Notes under the pieces: generated by a model | What the model was told of the DNA's origin: nothing | Databases searched by the model: none | Seen by the model: the letters and a program-made list of their open reading frames with translations, nothing else | Made by a program: the position numbers and the translations under genes | Part shown: positions 28,330 to 37,079 of the stretch, one piece after another | How the letters are laid out: every line of letters begins with the position of its first letter | Position numbering within the stretch: position 1 is the first letter of the stretch | Assembly (NCBI GenBank): GCA_964347945.1 | Contig: CAYGAW010000194.1 | Coordinates: 1,303-65,302, forward strand | Direction of reading: 5' to 3' | DNA length: 64,000 bases | Source: an uncultured Anaerolineales bacterium | Lineage (GTDB): Bacteria > Chloroflexota > Anaerolineae > UBA7937 > B3-Chlor

Positions 28330-29750
28330 TACTTCTCTCCAAGTTCGGCGACTATGTCTTCCATGTGCGTGCCTCGTGATCCTTTCACCAAGACCAAGTC
28401 ACCTTCAGCCACAAGATCCTGTAGGACCTCGACTGTTTCCTCGTTGTCCTCTGCGAAGAAGACGTCATCCTCCTTCATCCCTATGGCAATGGCTTCTCGA
28501 CCGATAATAGCGCCAAGGCCACCCACCGCGACGAGTTTGTCAGCCACCTCTGCCACTCGACGCCCAACCTTACGATGTCCTTCTTCCTCGTAGGAACCCA
28601 ACTCCAGCATGTCTCCCAGTACAGCGATCTTGCGCCCCTCTAGCTCAGCCAGCAGATTCAAGGCTGCGAGGCTGGATGTCGGGCTAGCGTTGTAGCTATC
28701 ATCGATGATGGTCGAGCCTCTTATGCCGCGGGTGGCTATCAGGCGCAGCTGCACGGCCATGTCCCGTAGGCCGGCCACGATCTGACCCCACGGTTGTCCC
28801 TCTGTCACGCCCACGGCGGCGGCAGCCAGCGCCGTATGGACGCTGTGGCGCCCCAGCAGCGGGATCTTAACGTACAGTGTTTCACGACCGTAGTTCATGC
28901 GAAAGCGGACGCCATCCAGCCCCCTGCTCTCGATGTGACTGGCTCGCAGATCGCAGTCAGGGTTCAGGCCGTAGTAGAGCACCTGGGCATCGGTCAAGGA
29001 TGCCATGGCCTTCACCCTAGGGTCGTCGCCGTTCAGAATCGCGGTCCCATCCGGGGGCAAGGCCTGGACGAGTTCAGCCTTGGCCTGCGCGATGGCTTCC
29101 AAAGTCCCCATTCGCTCGAGATGGGAATAGCTCACATTGGTGACCACTCCGATCTGGGGAAGAGCAATCTCAGCAAGCTCAGCGATCTCGCCGAGGGCAT
29201 ACATGCCTAGCTCCAAGACCACTTTGGTGTGATTCTCTTCCAGTTCGAGCAGTGTCAGGGGTAGGCCTATCTCGTTGTTCAGGTTTTCCTCGCTCTTGAG
29301 TGTGGGAAAGCTCCTGGCGAGCACCGAGTGTATGGCCTCCTTGGTGGTTGTCTTGCCAATACTACCTGTGACTCCCACTACTCGAACGTCGAACTGTCTG
29401 CGGTGATAAGCTGCCACGTCTTGGAGAGCCTTCAACGAATCCTCAACTAAGAGGCAAAGAGATGGCGCAAACGGAGACGGTGGCGACGGCAGAGGGCGTC
29501 GCGTCATGTCTACGATGGGTTGGACACCGTCGATCGTCCTCTCCACAATCGCCAACGACGCTCCCCGTTGAAAGGCGTCTTGGACATAGTTGTGCCCGTC
29601 ATCCTTCTCGCCCCGCAGAGCTACGAACACGCTGCCCGTGGAGGCTTCCCGCGAGTCGATAACCACGTCTGGAAAGCGAACACCCGCCGCTTCTGGTTCG
29701 GCTATCTCCTGTCCAGTTATCGCTCGCCAGATTGCTCCCAATGTGAGCAT
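28329..29750 (-). CDS. murF: UDP-N-acetylmuramoyl-tripeptide--D-alanyl-D-alanine ligase
   Basis: GVTGSIGKTTTKE and IDDSYNASP, which are MurF-type rather than MurE-type motifs; 473 aa. Confidence 0.9.
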   Translation of the reverse strand: MLTLGAIWRAITGQEIAEPEAAGVRFPDVVIDSREASTGSVFVALRGEKDDGHNYVQDAFQRGASLAIVERTIDGVQPIVDMTRRPLPSPPSPFAPSLCLLVEDSLKALQDVAAYHRRQFDVRVVGVTGSIGKTTTKEAIHSVLARSFPTLKSEENLNNEIGLPLTLLELEENHTKVVLELGMYALGEIAELAEIALPQIGVVTNVSYSHLERMGTLEAIAQAKAELVQALPPDGTAILNGDDPRVKAMASLTDAQVLYYGLNPDCDLRASHIESRGLDGVRFRMNYGRETLYVKIPLLGRHSVHTALAAAAVGVTEGQPWGQIVAGLRDMAVQLRLIATRGIRGSTIIDDSYNASPTSSLAALNLLAELEGRKIAVLGDMLELGSYEEEGHRKVGRRVAEVADKLVAVGGLGAIIGREAIAIGMKEDDVFFAEDNEETVEVLQDLVAEGDLVLVKGSRGTHMEDIVAELGEK

Positions 29751-29772
29751 GTATTCTCCTCGTCTCGCCGCC

Positions 29773-31560
29773 CTAGGAGGTGCTCGCCATCCTCACGTCG
29801 TCAGGCGGGATGCCCAGATAGACGAACAGCCTCTCCGCAATTCGCCTGAACACGGGGACTGCCACCACGGTGCCCCACGGGGACTCCCGAGGTCTGTCCA
29901 TCTTAACCAAGATGATGAACTGAGGATCGTCAGCTGGGGCATAAGCCACGAATGCGCCTATTGTGTCCACGGGATGATACCCTCCGGTCACAGGGATCTG
30001 CGACGTGCCAGTCTTGCCCGCTATGGCATAACCTGGTATGGTGAGATTCTCCTTGCCCACCAGCGTATCCACTAGCATCTCCGTTAGTTCCCGTGCCACC
30101 CAGGGAGAAATGACTTGCTGACCTCCTTCCGGGTGGAACTCTCTGATGACCTGGCCATCTTGTTCGATGCGTTGCACGACATGCGGTCTGGGAAGTACGC
30201 CGTCATTGGCCACGGCCGCAACGGCGGTGATCATCTGTATTGGTGTGACGGCTATCCCTTGACCGAAAGCGTTGGTACCCAGATCACCCTCTCGCCAGCT
30301 GCCGTCTCCGGGTACCCTCATGATACCCGGCGACTCGTAGGGCAGATCTATCCCTGTCGTTTGTCCAAAGCCGAAACGCTTCACATAGTCGTAGAATCTC
30401 TCGGGACCCAAGTTTGTGGTCAGAGTGGCTGCCCCCACATTCAGGGAGTATTTCAGCAACTCAGTCATGCTCACTACCCCGTAGGCGTCCCGGTCCCAGT
30501 TCATGATGAGATGGCCGCCCACGTATATCCGACCCTCATCGTAGTAGGTGGTGTATCGCCCAACGATGCCGGCATCAAGTGCTGCTGCCATGGTGACAAC
30601 CTTGAAGACTGAGCCCGGTTCATAGTTCTCGCTCACGGCGGGATTGATGAACAACTCCTTGTCAATCTGCCGGTCAAGGTCAGGGTTCGGATCGTAACAG
30701 GGATAGCTGGCCATGGCCAGAATAGCTCCGGTGCGAGGATCCATAACGATGACGGTTCCTCTCTCCGCCCCGAATTCGCTGAGGCCTCGTCGCAGTTCCT
30801 CCTCCACCAGTCCCTGTATTGTGCGGTCCACTGTAAGCACGATTTGCCGGCCGTCTTGAGGCAAAATGACATTCTTGGAACCGATCCTGATGCTCAGGTT
30901 GGGAGAATCGCCTGTGCCTCCCCAAGAGCCTCTGAGCCCCCGTAGCTCTTCATTATAGAACTCTTCAACTCCGTAGAAGGCATCGTAGTCGACCTCATGG
31001 TCGTACGTTACGAAGCCGAGAAGGTGGCAAGCCATCTCCTGTTCTGGGTATGCGCGCTTCCTGGCTGGGCTAATGCCAATAGCCCCGGTGCCCCATTGGT
31101 CCCTGATCGCCTCCACACCCTTGGCCACCTCGAGTGGCGCATTCCAAACTAAGGACACTGAAGGTTCGTTTGTCCGTGACAGCGATGTCACGAGTGCGTT
31201 TTCATCGATGCCGAGGATTGGAGCCAGGTCAGCAGCCAGCCCCTCGGGATCATGGATGTCTCTCGGTGTGGCGAAGATCTCGAATTCATACTCATCCATA
31301 GCCAGTACGAAGCCGTGCCGATCCAAGATGGTTCCGCGCTGGGCAGGTATTGGCACGTCCACCAACTGCCACCGCTCTCCGACCTCCTTTAGGTCCTTGT
31401 GGCGCACTACTTGCCAGTAGAACAACCTTCCCGTCAAGATCAGGACGCCCACGACGGTGCCCAGCCACAGGACGATGAGTCGTCTTCTCGATCCGTGCTC
31501 TGGCCCGTCAGATTCCATCATCAAGCTGACATGGCCTCCAATCCACGCCTCCAAGGGCAC
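29773..31560 (-). CDS. ftsI: Penicillin-binding protein (class B transpeptidase, FtsI-type)
   Basis: SVFK (SxxK), SLN (SxN) and KTGT motifs, an N-terminal TM and a dimerisation domain. GTG start at 31560; an alternative ATG lies at 31521. Confidence 0.9.
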   Translation of the reverse strand: MPLEAWIGGHVSLMMESDGPEHGSRRRLIVLWLGTVVGVLILTGRLFYWQVVRHKDLKEVGERWQLVDVPIPAQRGTILDRHGFVLAMDEYEFEIFATPRDIHDPEGLAADLAPILGIDENALVTSLSRTNEPSVSLVWNAPLEVAKGVEAIRDQWGTGAIGISPARKRAYPEQEMACHLLGFVTYDHEVDYDAFYGVEEFYNEELRGLRGSWGGTGDSPNLSIRIGSKNVILPQDGRQIVLTVDRTIQGLVEEELRRGLSEFGAERGTVIVMDPRTGAILAMASYPCYDPNPDLDRQIDKELFINPAVSENYEPGSVFKVVTMAAALDAGIVGRYTTYYDEGRIYVGGHLIMNWDRDAYGVVSMTELLKYSLNVGAATLTTNLGPERFYDYVKRFGFGQTTGIDLPYESPGIMRVPGDGSWREGDLGTNAFGQGIAVTPIQMITAVAAVANDGVLPRPHVVQRIEQDGQVIREFHPEGGQQVISPWVARELTEMLVDTLVGKENLTIPGYAIAGKTGTSQIPVTGGYHPVDTIGAFVAYAPADDPQFIILVKMDRPRESPWGTVVAVPVFRRIAERLFVYLGIPPDDVRMASTS

Positions 31561-31618
31561 CGATAGACTCTCTGCTGCCAGACGTGCCAGTGCCCCTCAC
31601 CGACGTGAGGCCGCTGCT

Positions 31619-32101
31619 TCAATCCCGCACATCCATCCAAGTTTCAAACCGTAGCATCAGTTCCTCCCACCACACCACCTCGTGCGAACCCAGTTCGTTC
31701 TGGCTGGCGTCTCCTGTAGTGGCGGGCAGGGAGAACCCGTGATCCAAGTCCTCCACAGGAAGATTGTGCATCGTGAGGTATTGCACGGCGTCGGTCTCTA
31801 CGAACCCCAGTTCTGCGGCCCTCGCTTTGACGTTGGGCAAGGCCTCCATCTCACATATGCGCTTGCGCAGCAGAGCGTTCTCCTGTCGCCACCGCTCTCT
31901 CTCGCTGGTGAGATGCACGATCTCCATGCCCGCTGCCGCTGTGTGACTCGCCTGGTTCAGATAGAAAGAGCCTACCAGACTTCCCAGCACAAGGAGTAGA
32001 ACGAAAAGACCCATGGTCTTCCCAGTGAAGCGCCAAACAGGCCGTCCATCGACGTCACTTCTGATTCGAATCCTGGGAAGATACACGGGTTCCCTTTTCA
32101 T
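31619..32101 (-). CDS. ftsL: FtsL-like cell division protein
   Basis: Single TM (GLFVLLLVLGSLVGSFY) followed by a coiled-coil segment and AAELGF, in the canonical rsmH-ftsL-ftsI position. Confidence 0.7.
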   Translation of the reverse strand: MKREPVYLPRIRIRSDVDGRPVWRFTGKTMGLFVLLLVLGSLVGSFYLNQASHTAAAGMEIVHLTSERERWRQENALLRKRICEMEALPNVKARAAELGFVETDAVQYLTMHNLPVEDLDHGFSLPATTGDASQNELGSHEVVWWEELMLRFETWMDVRD

Positions 32102-32118
32102 GGCAGTGGACTCCTTGA

Positions 32119-33045
32119 CTAGAGACGAGCGGCCACTCTCAGCTTGGCACTCCTAGACCGAGGGTTGTCCTCGATCTCCTCCGAAGACGGGCGAAGAGGC
32201 TTCTTAGTCACAATCTGTAGAGTGCGACGGTGGTCGCAAGCGCAGATTGGCAGTTCGGGCGGGCAGATGCAATCTCTGGACTCTTGGGTCATGAACGCTT
32301 TCACCAGGCGATCTTCCAAGGAATGGAAGGTGACCACCGCCATCCGCCCCCCTGTGGTCAAAACGTCCAGTATCTGCGGCAAGACGTCGGACAGAGCTTC
32401 CAACTCTTTGTTCACAGCGATGCGCAGTGCCAGAAAGGTGCGCGTCGCCGGATGCAGTCTTCGCCGCCGCCCCGCCGCTCGAGCCACGAGGCTTGCCAAT
32501 TCCGTGGTTGTCCGAACAGGTCGGTTCCGCACAATGGTCCGAGCTATCCCCTTGGCCTTAGGTTCCTCTCCGTATCTGACCAGTATGTCAGCCAAATCCG
32601 ACTCCTTGAGTTCGTTGACCAGATGACTTGCGGTGATGTTCTCGTCGCGGTTCATCCGCATGTCCAGCGGCCCTTCCTTCTGGAAGGAAAACCCCCGCTC
32701 CTCCTGCTCCAGTTGCACGGACGATACACCAAGGTCCAACAGTACGCCACGCGCAGGAGTGTAACCCCGCCGTGAAGCGGTCTCCTGCAATCGAGAGAAA
32801 CTCGCATGGACTAGCTCGAAGCGCCCCTCGTACAACTTGAGTTGCTGCCGCGCCAGTTCAATCGCTGCGGCATCAATGTCAATGCCCAGCAGTCTGCCAT
32901 CCGGTGCGGATCTCTCCAGGATTCCCCTTGCATGTCCGCCAGTTCCGATGGTACAGTCTATGTATGTCGCGCCTGGCTTGATCTCAAGGCCATCCAGTAC
33001 CTCTTGCAGAAGGACAGGCTTATGGATCCGCCCACCCATCATCAT
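32119..33045 (-). CDS. rsmH: 16S rRNA (cytosine1402-N4)-methyltransferase
   Basis: HKPVLLQEV and DCTIGTGGHA SAM motifs. The start was taken at the MMM cluster next to the mraZ stop. Confidence 0.93.
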   Translation of the reverse strand: MMMGGRIHKPVLLQEVLDGLEIKPGATYIDCTIGTGGHARGILERSAPDGRLLGIDIDAAAIELARQQLKLYEGRFELVHASFSRLQETASRRGYTPARGVLLDLGVSSVQLEQEERGFSFQKEGPLDMRMNRDENITASHLVNELKESDLADILVRYGEEPKAKGIARTIVRNRPVRTTTELASLVARAAGRRRRLHPATRTFLALRIAVNKELEALSDVLPQILDVLTTGGRMAVVTFHSLEDRLVKAFMTQESRDCICPPELPICACDHRRTLQIVTKKPLRPSSEEIEDNPRSRSAKLRVAARL

Positions 33046-33476
33046 AGTATTCCGAGCTCGGCAAGCCCTTCGGCGATGATCTCGATCTTCTCCTCCATGT
33101 CTTCCTCGGCCTGACGCCATCGTTCGGGGTTCCATATTTCCATGTGCTTGTCGAGGCAAACGATGATCGTCTCGCCGTCAAGGTTTGCATATGAACGCAG
33201 GTTGTTCGGCAGAAGGACGCGGCCCTGTTTGTCCGGGGCGCACTCACTGGCCCCCCCAAAGAAGAAGCGATTGAAGATGCGTGCGTCTTTCCGGGCAAAG
33301 GGTAGACTGGTGATGTCGTTGGCGAGGGTCTCCCACGCGTCCACAGGGAAAACCAGGAGGCAGCGTTCCACTCCGCGCGTGATTACCACACCCTTTGCAA
33401 GCTCTGCCCTGTACTTGGCCGGGAGTGTTAGCCTTCCCTTACTATCAATGTTATGCACGTATTCGCCGAGGAACAT
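33042..33476 (-). CDS. mraZ: Transcriptional regulator MraZ
   Basis: MFLGEY start and two DxxGR motifs (IDSKGRLTLP, PDKQGRVLLP); 144 aa from the ATG at 33474-33476. Confidence 0.95.
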   Translation of the reverse strand: MFLGEYVHNIDSKGRLTLPAKYRAELAKGVVITRGVERCLLVFPVDAWETLANDITSLPFARKDARIFNRFFFGGASECAPDKQGRVLLPNNLRSYANLDGETIIVCLDKHMEIWNPERWRQAEEDMEEKIEIIAEGLAELGIL

Positions 33477-33532
33477 TTGTGCTACTCCGCCCCACTTCGG
33501 CTTGGTTGCTGGGCGATTATCGGCCCGGTTGT

Positions 33533-33557
33533 CCCACTTTGGCCCACGTTTTCCCAC
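33533..33557 (-). promoter_or_regulatory. MraZ operator: three GTGGG direct repeats at exact 10-bp phasing
   Basis: Plus-strand CCCAC at 33533-37, 33543-47 and 33553-57, which read as GTGGG on the gene strand. They lie immediately downstream of the -10 box. A fourth CCCAC sits at 33491-95. Confidence 0.8.
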
Positions 33558-33558
33558 A

Positions 33559-33587
33559 ATTATACACCAAAACTCACCACTTGGCAA
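33559..33587 (-). promoter_or_regulatory. Pmra promoter: TTGCCA-N17-TATAAT
   Basis: On the gene strand: TTGCCA (33587-33582), a 17-nt spacer, then TATAAT (33564-33559). It lies about 83 nt upstream of the mraZ ATG. Confidence 0.75.
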
Positions 33588-33755
33588 TAGCCAAAGGCTG
33601 CCATCCCCACGGTTCGAGGGAAATTTAAGGTTTGGGAGGGCAGAGTTCGTGCCATTATCAGGCGGGGAGGCACCCCGCGCCGAGACCCTTGACGGCAGCG
33701 CACTGAATCCGGGGTGGGCTTCCTCCTTCTCGCACACCACATCCAGAGGCTGACA

Positions 33756-35567
33756 ATGGCATCGGAGTCACATGTTGAGCGGCTGCTCACGGAGGGGATA
33801 GCGGCTGTCAAGGCCGGGCGGTCGCAGGACGCGCTTGAGCTGCTGTCCGAGGTGGTTGCCCTGGAGCCTGAGAACGAGAAGGCGTGGCTGTGGATGAGCG
33901 CTGTGCTGCCTGACCAAGGCAGGATCGAGTGCTTGAAGAGAGTGGTGGAGATCAACCCGCGCAACGAACTTGCCTGGAAGGGCCTGGAGCTGCTGCTGGC
34001 CGACGCCGCGCCAGCACACGAGCCAGTCCCGGCAGTATCAGTGCCGGAAGCATCCCCCGAGAGCCGTTCGCCTGGGTTGGAGGAGAGGACGGCGGTCGAA
34101 GCTGACGGTGGAGCTCGCGGCATTGGTAGGAGTTGCGCACTCTACACAGGCATCACCGCTCTAGCCGGGATCACTCTGTCCGTCTGTGTGGTGGCGCTCA
34201 TGTTGGGCGGGACGATGCTGATCCCAGCCTCGCCGCAGGTCGGGCCCGCCGCCATGATGCCGCATCTACCGACCGAGACGACTACTACCGTTCCCGAGTC
34301 TGCGGTGCCTCCTACCGTCACACCCACTGCCACGAAGACGCCAGTGCCGACGAACACACTGGTCGTGCCGGATGCGCGCATACCGGGTTTCCCCATCATC
34401 AATGAAGGGGCATATGATGAGATAGAGACAAGAGTAAGCGAACTCAGGGCCCTTCAGCCTCTGCGGGAGACCCAGAGGCAGACCTTCACCCGCTATCGTT
34501 TGGAAGAGTACCTGATGGATGTCTACCGGCGGGACGCATACCTCGAGGAGATGGAGATCGCTGAGAGAATGTACCGGGTGCTGGGGCTGATAGATGAGGG
34601 CTATGAGCTGGCCGAGAATCAAGTCGAAATACAGCGGGAGTATTTGGCTGGTCTGTACGACACGGAGACGGAGGACATATATCTGATCCTTGATCGGTAT
34701 ACAAGTGACCTGTGGTTAGAAGTCACCTTTGCCCACGAATTCACACACGCCCTGCAAGACCAGCACTTCGATCTCGACTCACTTCAGGGACGGGCCCGGA
34801 CGACCGATTCGCTCTTGGCGCTGCAGGCACTCATCGAGGGGGACGCGACCCTGGTGATGATAGAGTATGCGTTCCAACACCTGTTCCAGATGCAATTTGA
34901 ACGTATCGATCTATTGAAGGCTATCCAGGAAGTGGAGCAGGGAGAGTACGAAGAGGCGCCCGGCGTCATCCGAGAGACGGCGTGGTTCCCGTATGATCAA
35001 GGGCTTGTGTTCGTTGCTGCTCTGGTCGAGCAGGGCGGCTGGGATCGGCTCAACGAGGCCTTTCGGCATCCACCTCAGAGCACCGAGCAAATCATGCACC
35101 CCGACAAGTACTTGGCTGGTGAGGTCGGCCGGATCCCCGAGGTGGGTGATTTGCCTGGTGCAGTGGGAGCTGGATGGTTAGAGCTGAGACGAGATACCTT
35201 TGGCGAACTCTTCATCCGGGTTTATCTGGAGAGGGAGCTCAGCAGCGAGGAAGCGCTGATGGCAGCGGAGGGCTGGGCAGGGGATCGAGTCGTGTTCTTG
35301 ACCAGTGAGGACCGTGGTAGATATCTCCTCATCGTGCGGACGAGTTGGGACACCACAGACGAGGCTCAGGAGTTCTTCTCTGCATACGCTACCTTCATGC
35401 AGAGGTCCGGGGCCGGTCGCAGTCTTGTACAAGATACAGAGCGGAAACAGTGGCGCACTGAACTACAGGTGACCTACCTAGGCCGCCAGGGCCAGGAAGT
35501 GCTGCTTGCACTCGCCTCGGATGAGGAGGCTCTTGACCTGGCACTCACCGAATTCTCCACCTTCTAG
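33756..35567 (+). CDS. TPR - TM - extracytoplasmic HExxH metallopeptidase-like protein
   Basis: N-terminal TPR-like repeats (the NEKAWLWMS type), a TM (residues about 141-170 of the long ORF), and a Pro/Thr-rich linker. The HExxH motif FAHEFTHALQDQ is encoded at 34734-34748, with EGDAT downstream. The start was taken at the ATG at 33756. Confidence 0.7.
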   Translation: MASESHVERLLTEGIAAVKAGRSQDALELLSEVVALEPENEKAWLWMSAVLPDQGRIECLKRVVEINPRNELAWKGLELLLADAAPAHEPVPAVSVPEASPESRSPGLEERTAVEADGGARGIGRSCALYTGITALAGITLSVCVVALMLGGTMLIPASPQVGPAAMMPHLPTETTTTVPESAVPPTVTPTATKTPVPTNTLVVPDARIPGFPIINEGAYDEIETRVSELRALQPLRETQRQTFTRYRLEEYLMDVYRRDAYLEEMEIAERMYRVLGLIDEGYELAENQVEIQREYLAGLYDTETEDIYLILDRYTSDLWLEVTFAHEFTHALQDQHFDLDSLQGRARTTDSLLALQALIEGDATLVMIEYAFQHLFQMQFERIDLLKAIQEVEQGEYEEAPGVIRETAWFPYDQGLVFVAALVEQGGWDRLNEAFRHPPQSTEQIMHPDKYLAGEVGRIPEVGDLPGAVGAGWLELRRDTFGELFIRVYLERELSSEEALMAAEGWAGDRVVFLTSEDRGRYLLIVRTSWDTTDEAQEFFSAYATFMQRSGAGRSLVQDTERKQWRTELQVTYLGRQGQEVLLALASDEEALDLALTEFSTF

Positions 35568-35692
35568 GGAAGCGGCGACGGCCTGAACTCGCGTCGAGTC
35601 CCAGCTGCCATCAGGCAGAGTGTCGACACCTCATGCGAGTTCCATGTGCTGCTGGAGAAATGGCCAACACTCACCTACTCCGCGCGCCGGGG

Positions 35693-36424
35693 TCACTCTC
35701 CTTCCATCTGATCAGGGGCGCTCACCATGATCTCGCCGAACAATTCTCGCTGTTCCACTAGCACTCTGCGTCTCTTGATGAGTTGCAGCAGGGCCAGGAA
35801 GATGACGATGATCTCCATACGAGATGTGGCCTGCGCGAGAAGCTCGTTGAGACTGAAGCTGTGCCGTTCGGCCACGAGTCTTTCCAGGTTGGCGATCTTC
35901 TCGGGGAGGGAGATGTGAAGAGGAGTCACTACTTCGTCCGCCGACGACACTGGTCGGGACAGCATCGCTTGTCGGACGGCCTCCAACAGAGCATCCAGAG
36001 TGACGCCTTCCAGCCGCAAGCTTCTCTCCAGCTCTGGTAGAGGCAGGAGACGGGCATAGGCCCTCAGACCTTGTTCCTCTCTGGCTCTGAGCTCATGCGC
36101 TGCGTCTCTGAATTTGCGGTACTCGATCAGCCGTCTCACCAATTCCTCACCCACATCTTCCTCATCTTCGTCTGGTTCCTCTTCAGGTGGTTGTGGAAGG
36201 AGAATGCGGGACTTGATGAGGAGGAGCTTGGCGGCGATAACCAGGAAGTCGGCCAGCTTCTCAGCCTCCAGCTTTTGCAGCGTGCTGATGTAATCGAGAT
36301 ACTGGTCCGTCACAGCAGCCAAGGAAACCTTGGTGATATCCAGTTCTCGCTCTTCGATAAGATGCAGCAACAGGGCAAGGGGACCCTCGAAGACGGGGAG
36401 CGTGACTCTGTATGTTGTTGTCAA
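35693..36424 (-). CDS. scpA: Segregation and condensation protein A
   Basis: N-terminal LPVFEGPLALLLHLIEERELDITKVSL motif; 243 aa. No scpB is adjacent. Confidence 0.9.
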   Translation of the reverse strand: MTTTYRVTLPVFEGPLALLLHLIEERELDITKVSLAAVTDQYLDYISTLQKLEAEKLADFLVIAAKLLLIKSRILLPQPPEEEPDEDEEDVGEELVRRLIEYRKFRDAAHELRAREEQGLRAYARLLPLPELERSLRLEGVTLDALLEAVRQAMLSRPVSSADEVVTPLHISLPEKIANLERLVAERHSFSLNELLAQATSRMEIIVIFLALLQLIKRRRVLVEQRELFGEIMVSAPDQMEGE

Positions 36425-36669
36425 GCTCTACGATCCTCGGATGAAGTGTTCCGTAGCAGCTGGGCGGGCAGTCTGTTACGCGAATACTCGAGAGGTGTCC
36501 GTATCGGACTTGGGACTTGGCTGCGCTCTCAACTCAGTGTGACGGTGTGTGCTAGCCCTGCCTGCCTCCGACTGCGGCCAGTCAAGCGCAAAGAGACACG
36601 ACCGATTATACGGCAAGTCCTGAGCGTTGTCCAGACATTACGGCGCTTCGTGACAGGGGCTAGTCTTGC

Positions 36670-36697
36670 TTGCGCGGGATGGGGAGGGTGCTATAAT
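36670..36697 (+). promoter_or_regulatory. Strong candidate promoter with extended -10: TTGCGC-N16-TGcTATAAT
   Basis: TTGCGC at 36670-75, TG at 36689-90 and TATAAT at 36692-97. The nearest credible downstream start codon (37080) is about 375 nt away. Confidence 0.55.
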
Positions 36698-37079
36698 GAT
36701 GGCGAACACACGATTGGCTCCGCACTGAATGCCAGCGGCACCGACGCCAGCACTAGCTGTTGGACTTCGCTGACCCCGCGGGGTGAGGTGGTAGCACCTT
36801 GCATGCTGGGTAGCTTCGGCGCTGGAAGAGAGCTGTCTGGATCCCGCCGGGGCGTTCGGAGGGCTCGGCTTGCCTGGTGCTAGCGGAGCTGGCGCAGAAC
36901 CCTGTGGGCGCTTCAACCACCAGCGCAGAATGGGGATCGAAGGCTATCTGCACGATCGAGCATAGCAGTCTGAGAGTCTGGTCGTCCTTCTGGATTCGGG
37001 CACCGAGGGACCTGCGCTGTCTTGATGTGCTTTGGTGGCACGCCATTTCGCGCTCTGCGAATCCTTGGGCAGTCAGAGC

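Noticed and set aside
28329-29750. Reading this ligase as MurE, which would make the cluster canonical and murF missing
   Set aside because: The GKTTTKE P-loop context, the IDDSYNASP motif and the 473-aa length are MurF characteristics. MurE would carry a DYAHTPD-type motif.
36700-37079. tmRNA, RNase P or cobalamin-riboswitch identity for the orphan-promoter transcript
   Set aside because: UUCUGGAUUCGGG (about 36988-37000) resembles the tmRNA 5' region. However, there is no GGGG acceptor start, no T-arm, and no CCA-proximal complement. No B12-box or RNase P CR-I/CR-V motif is present.
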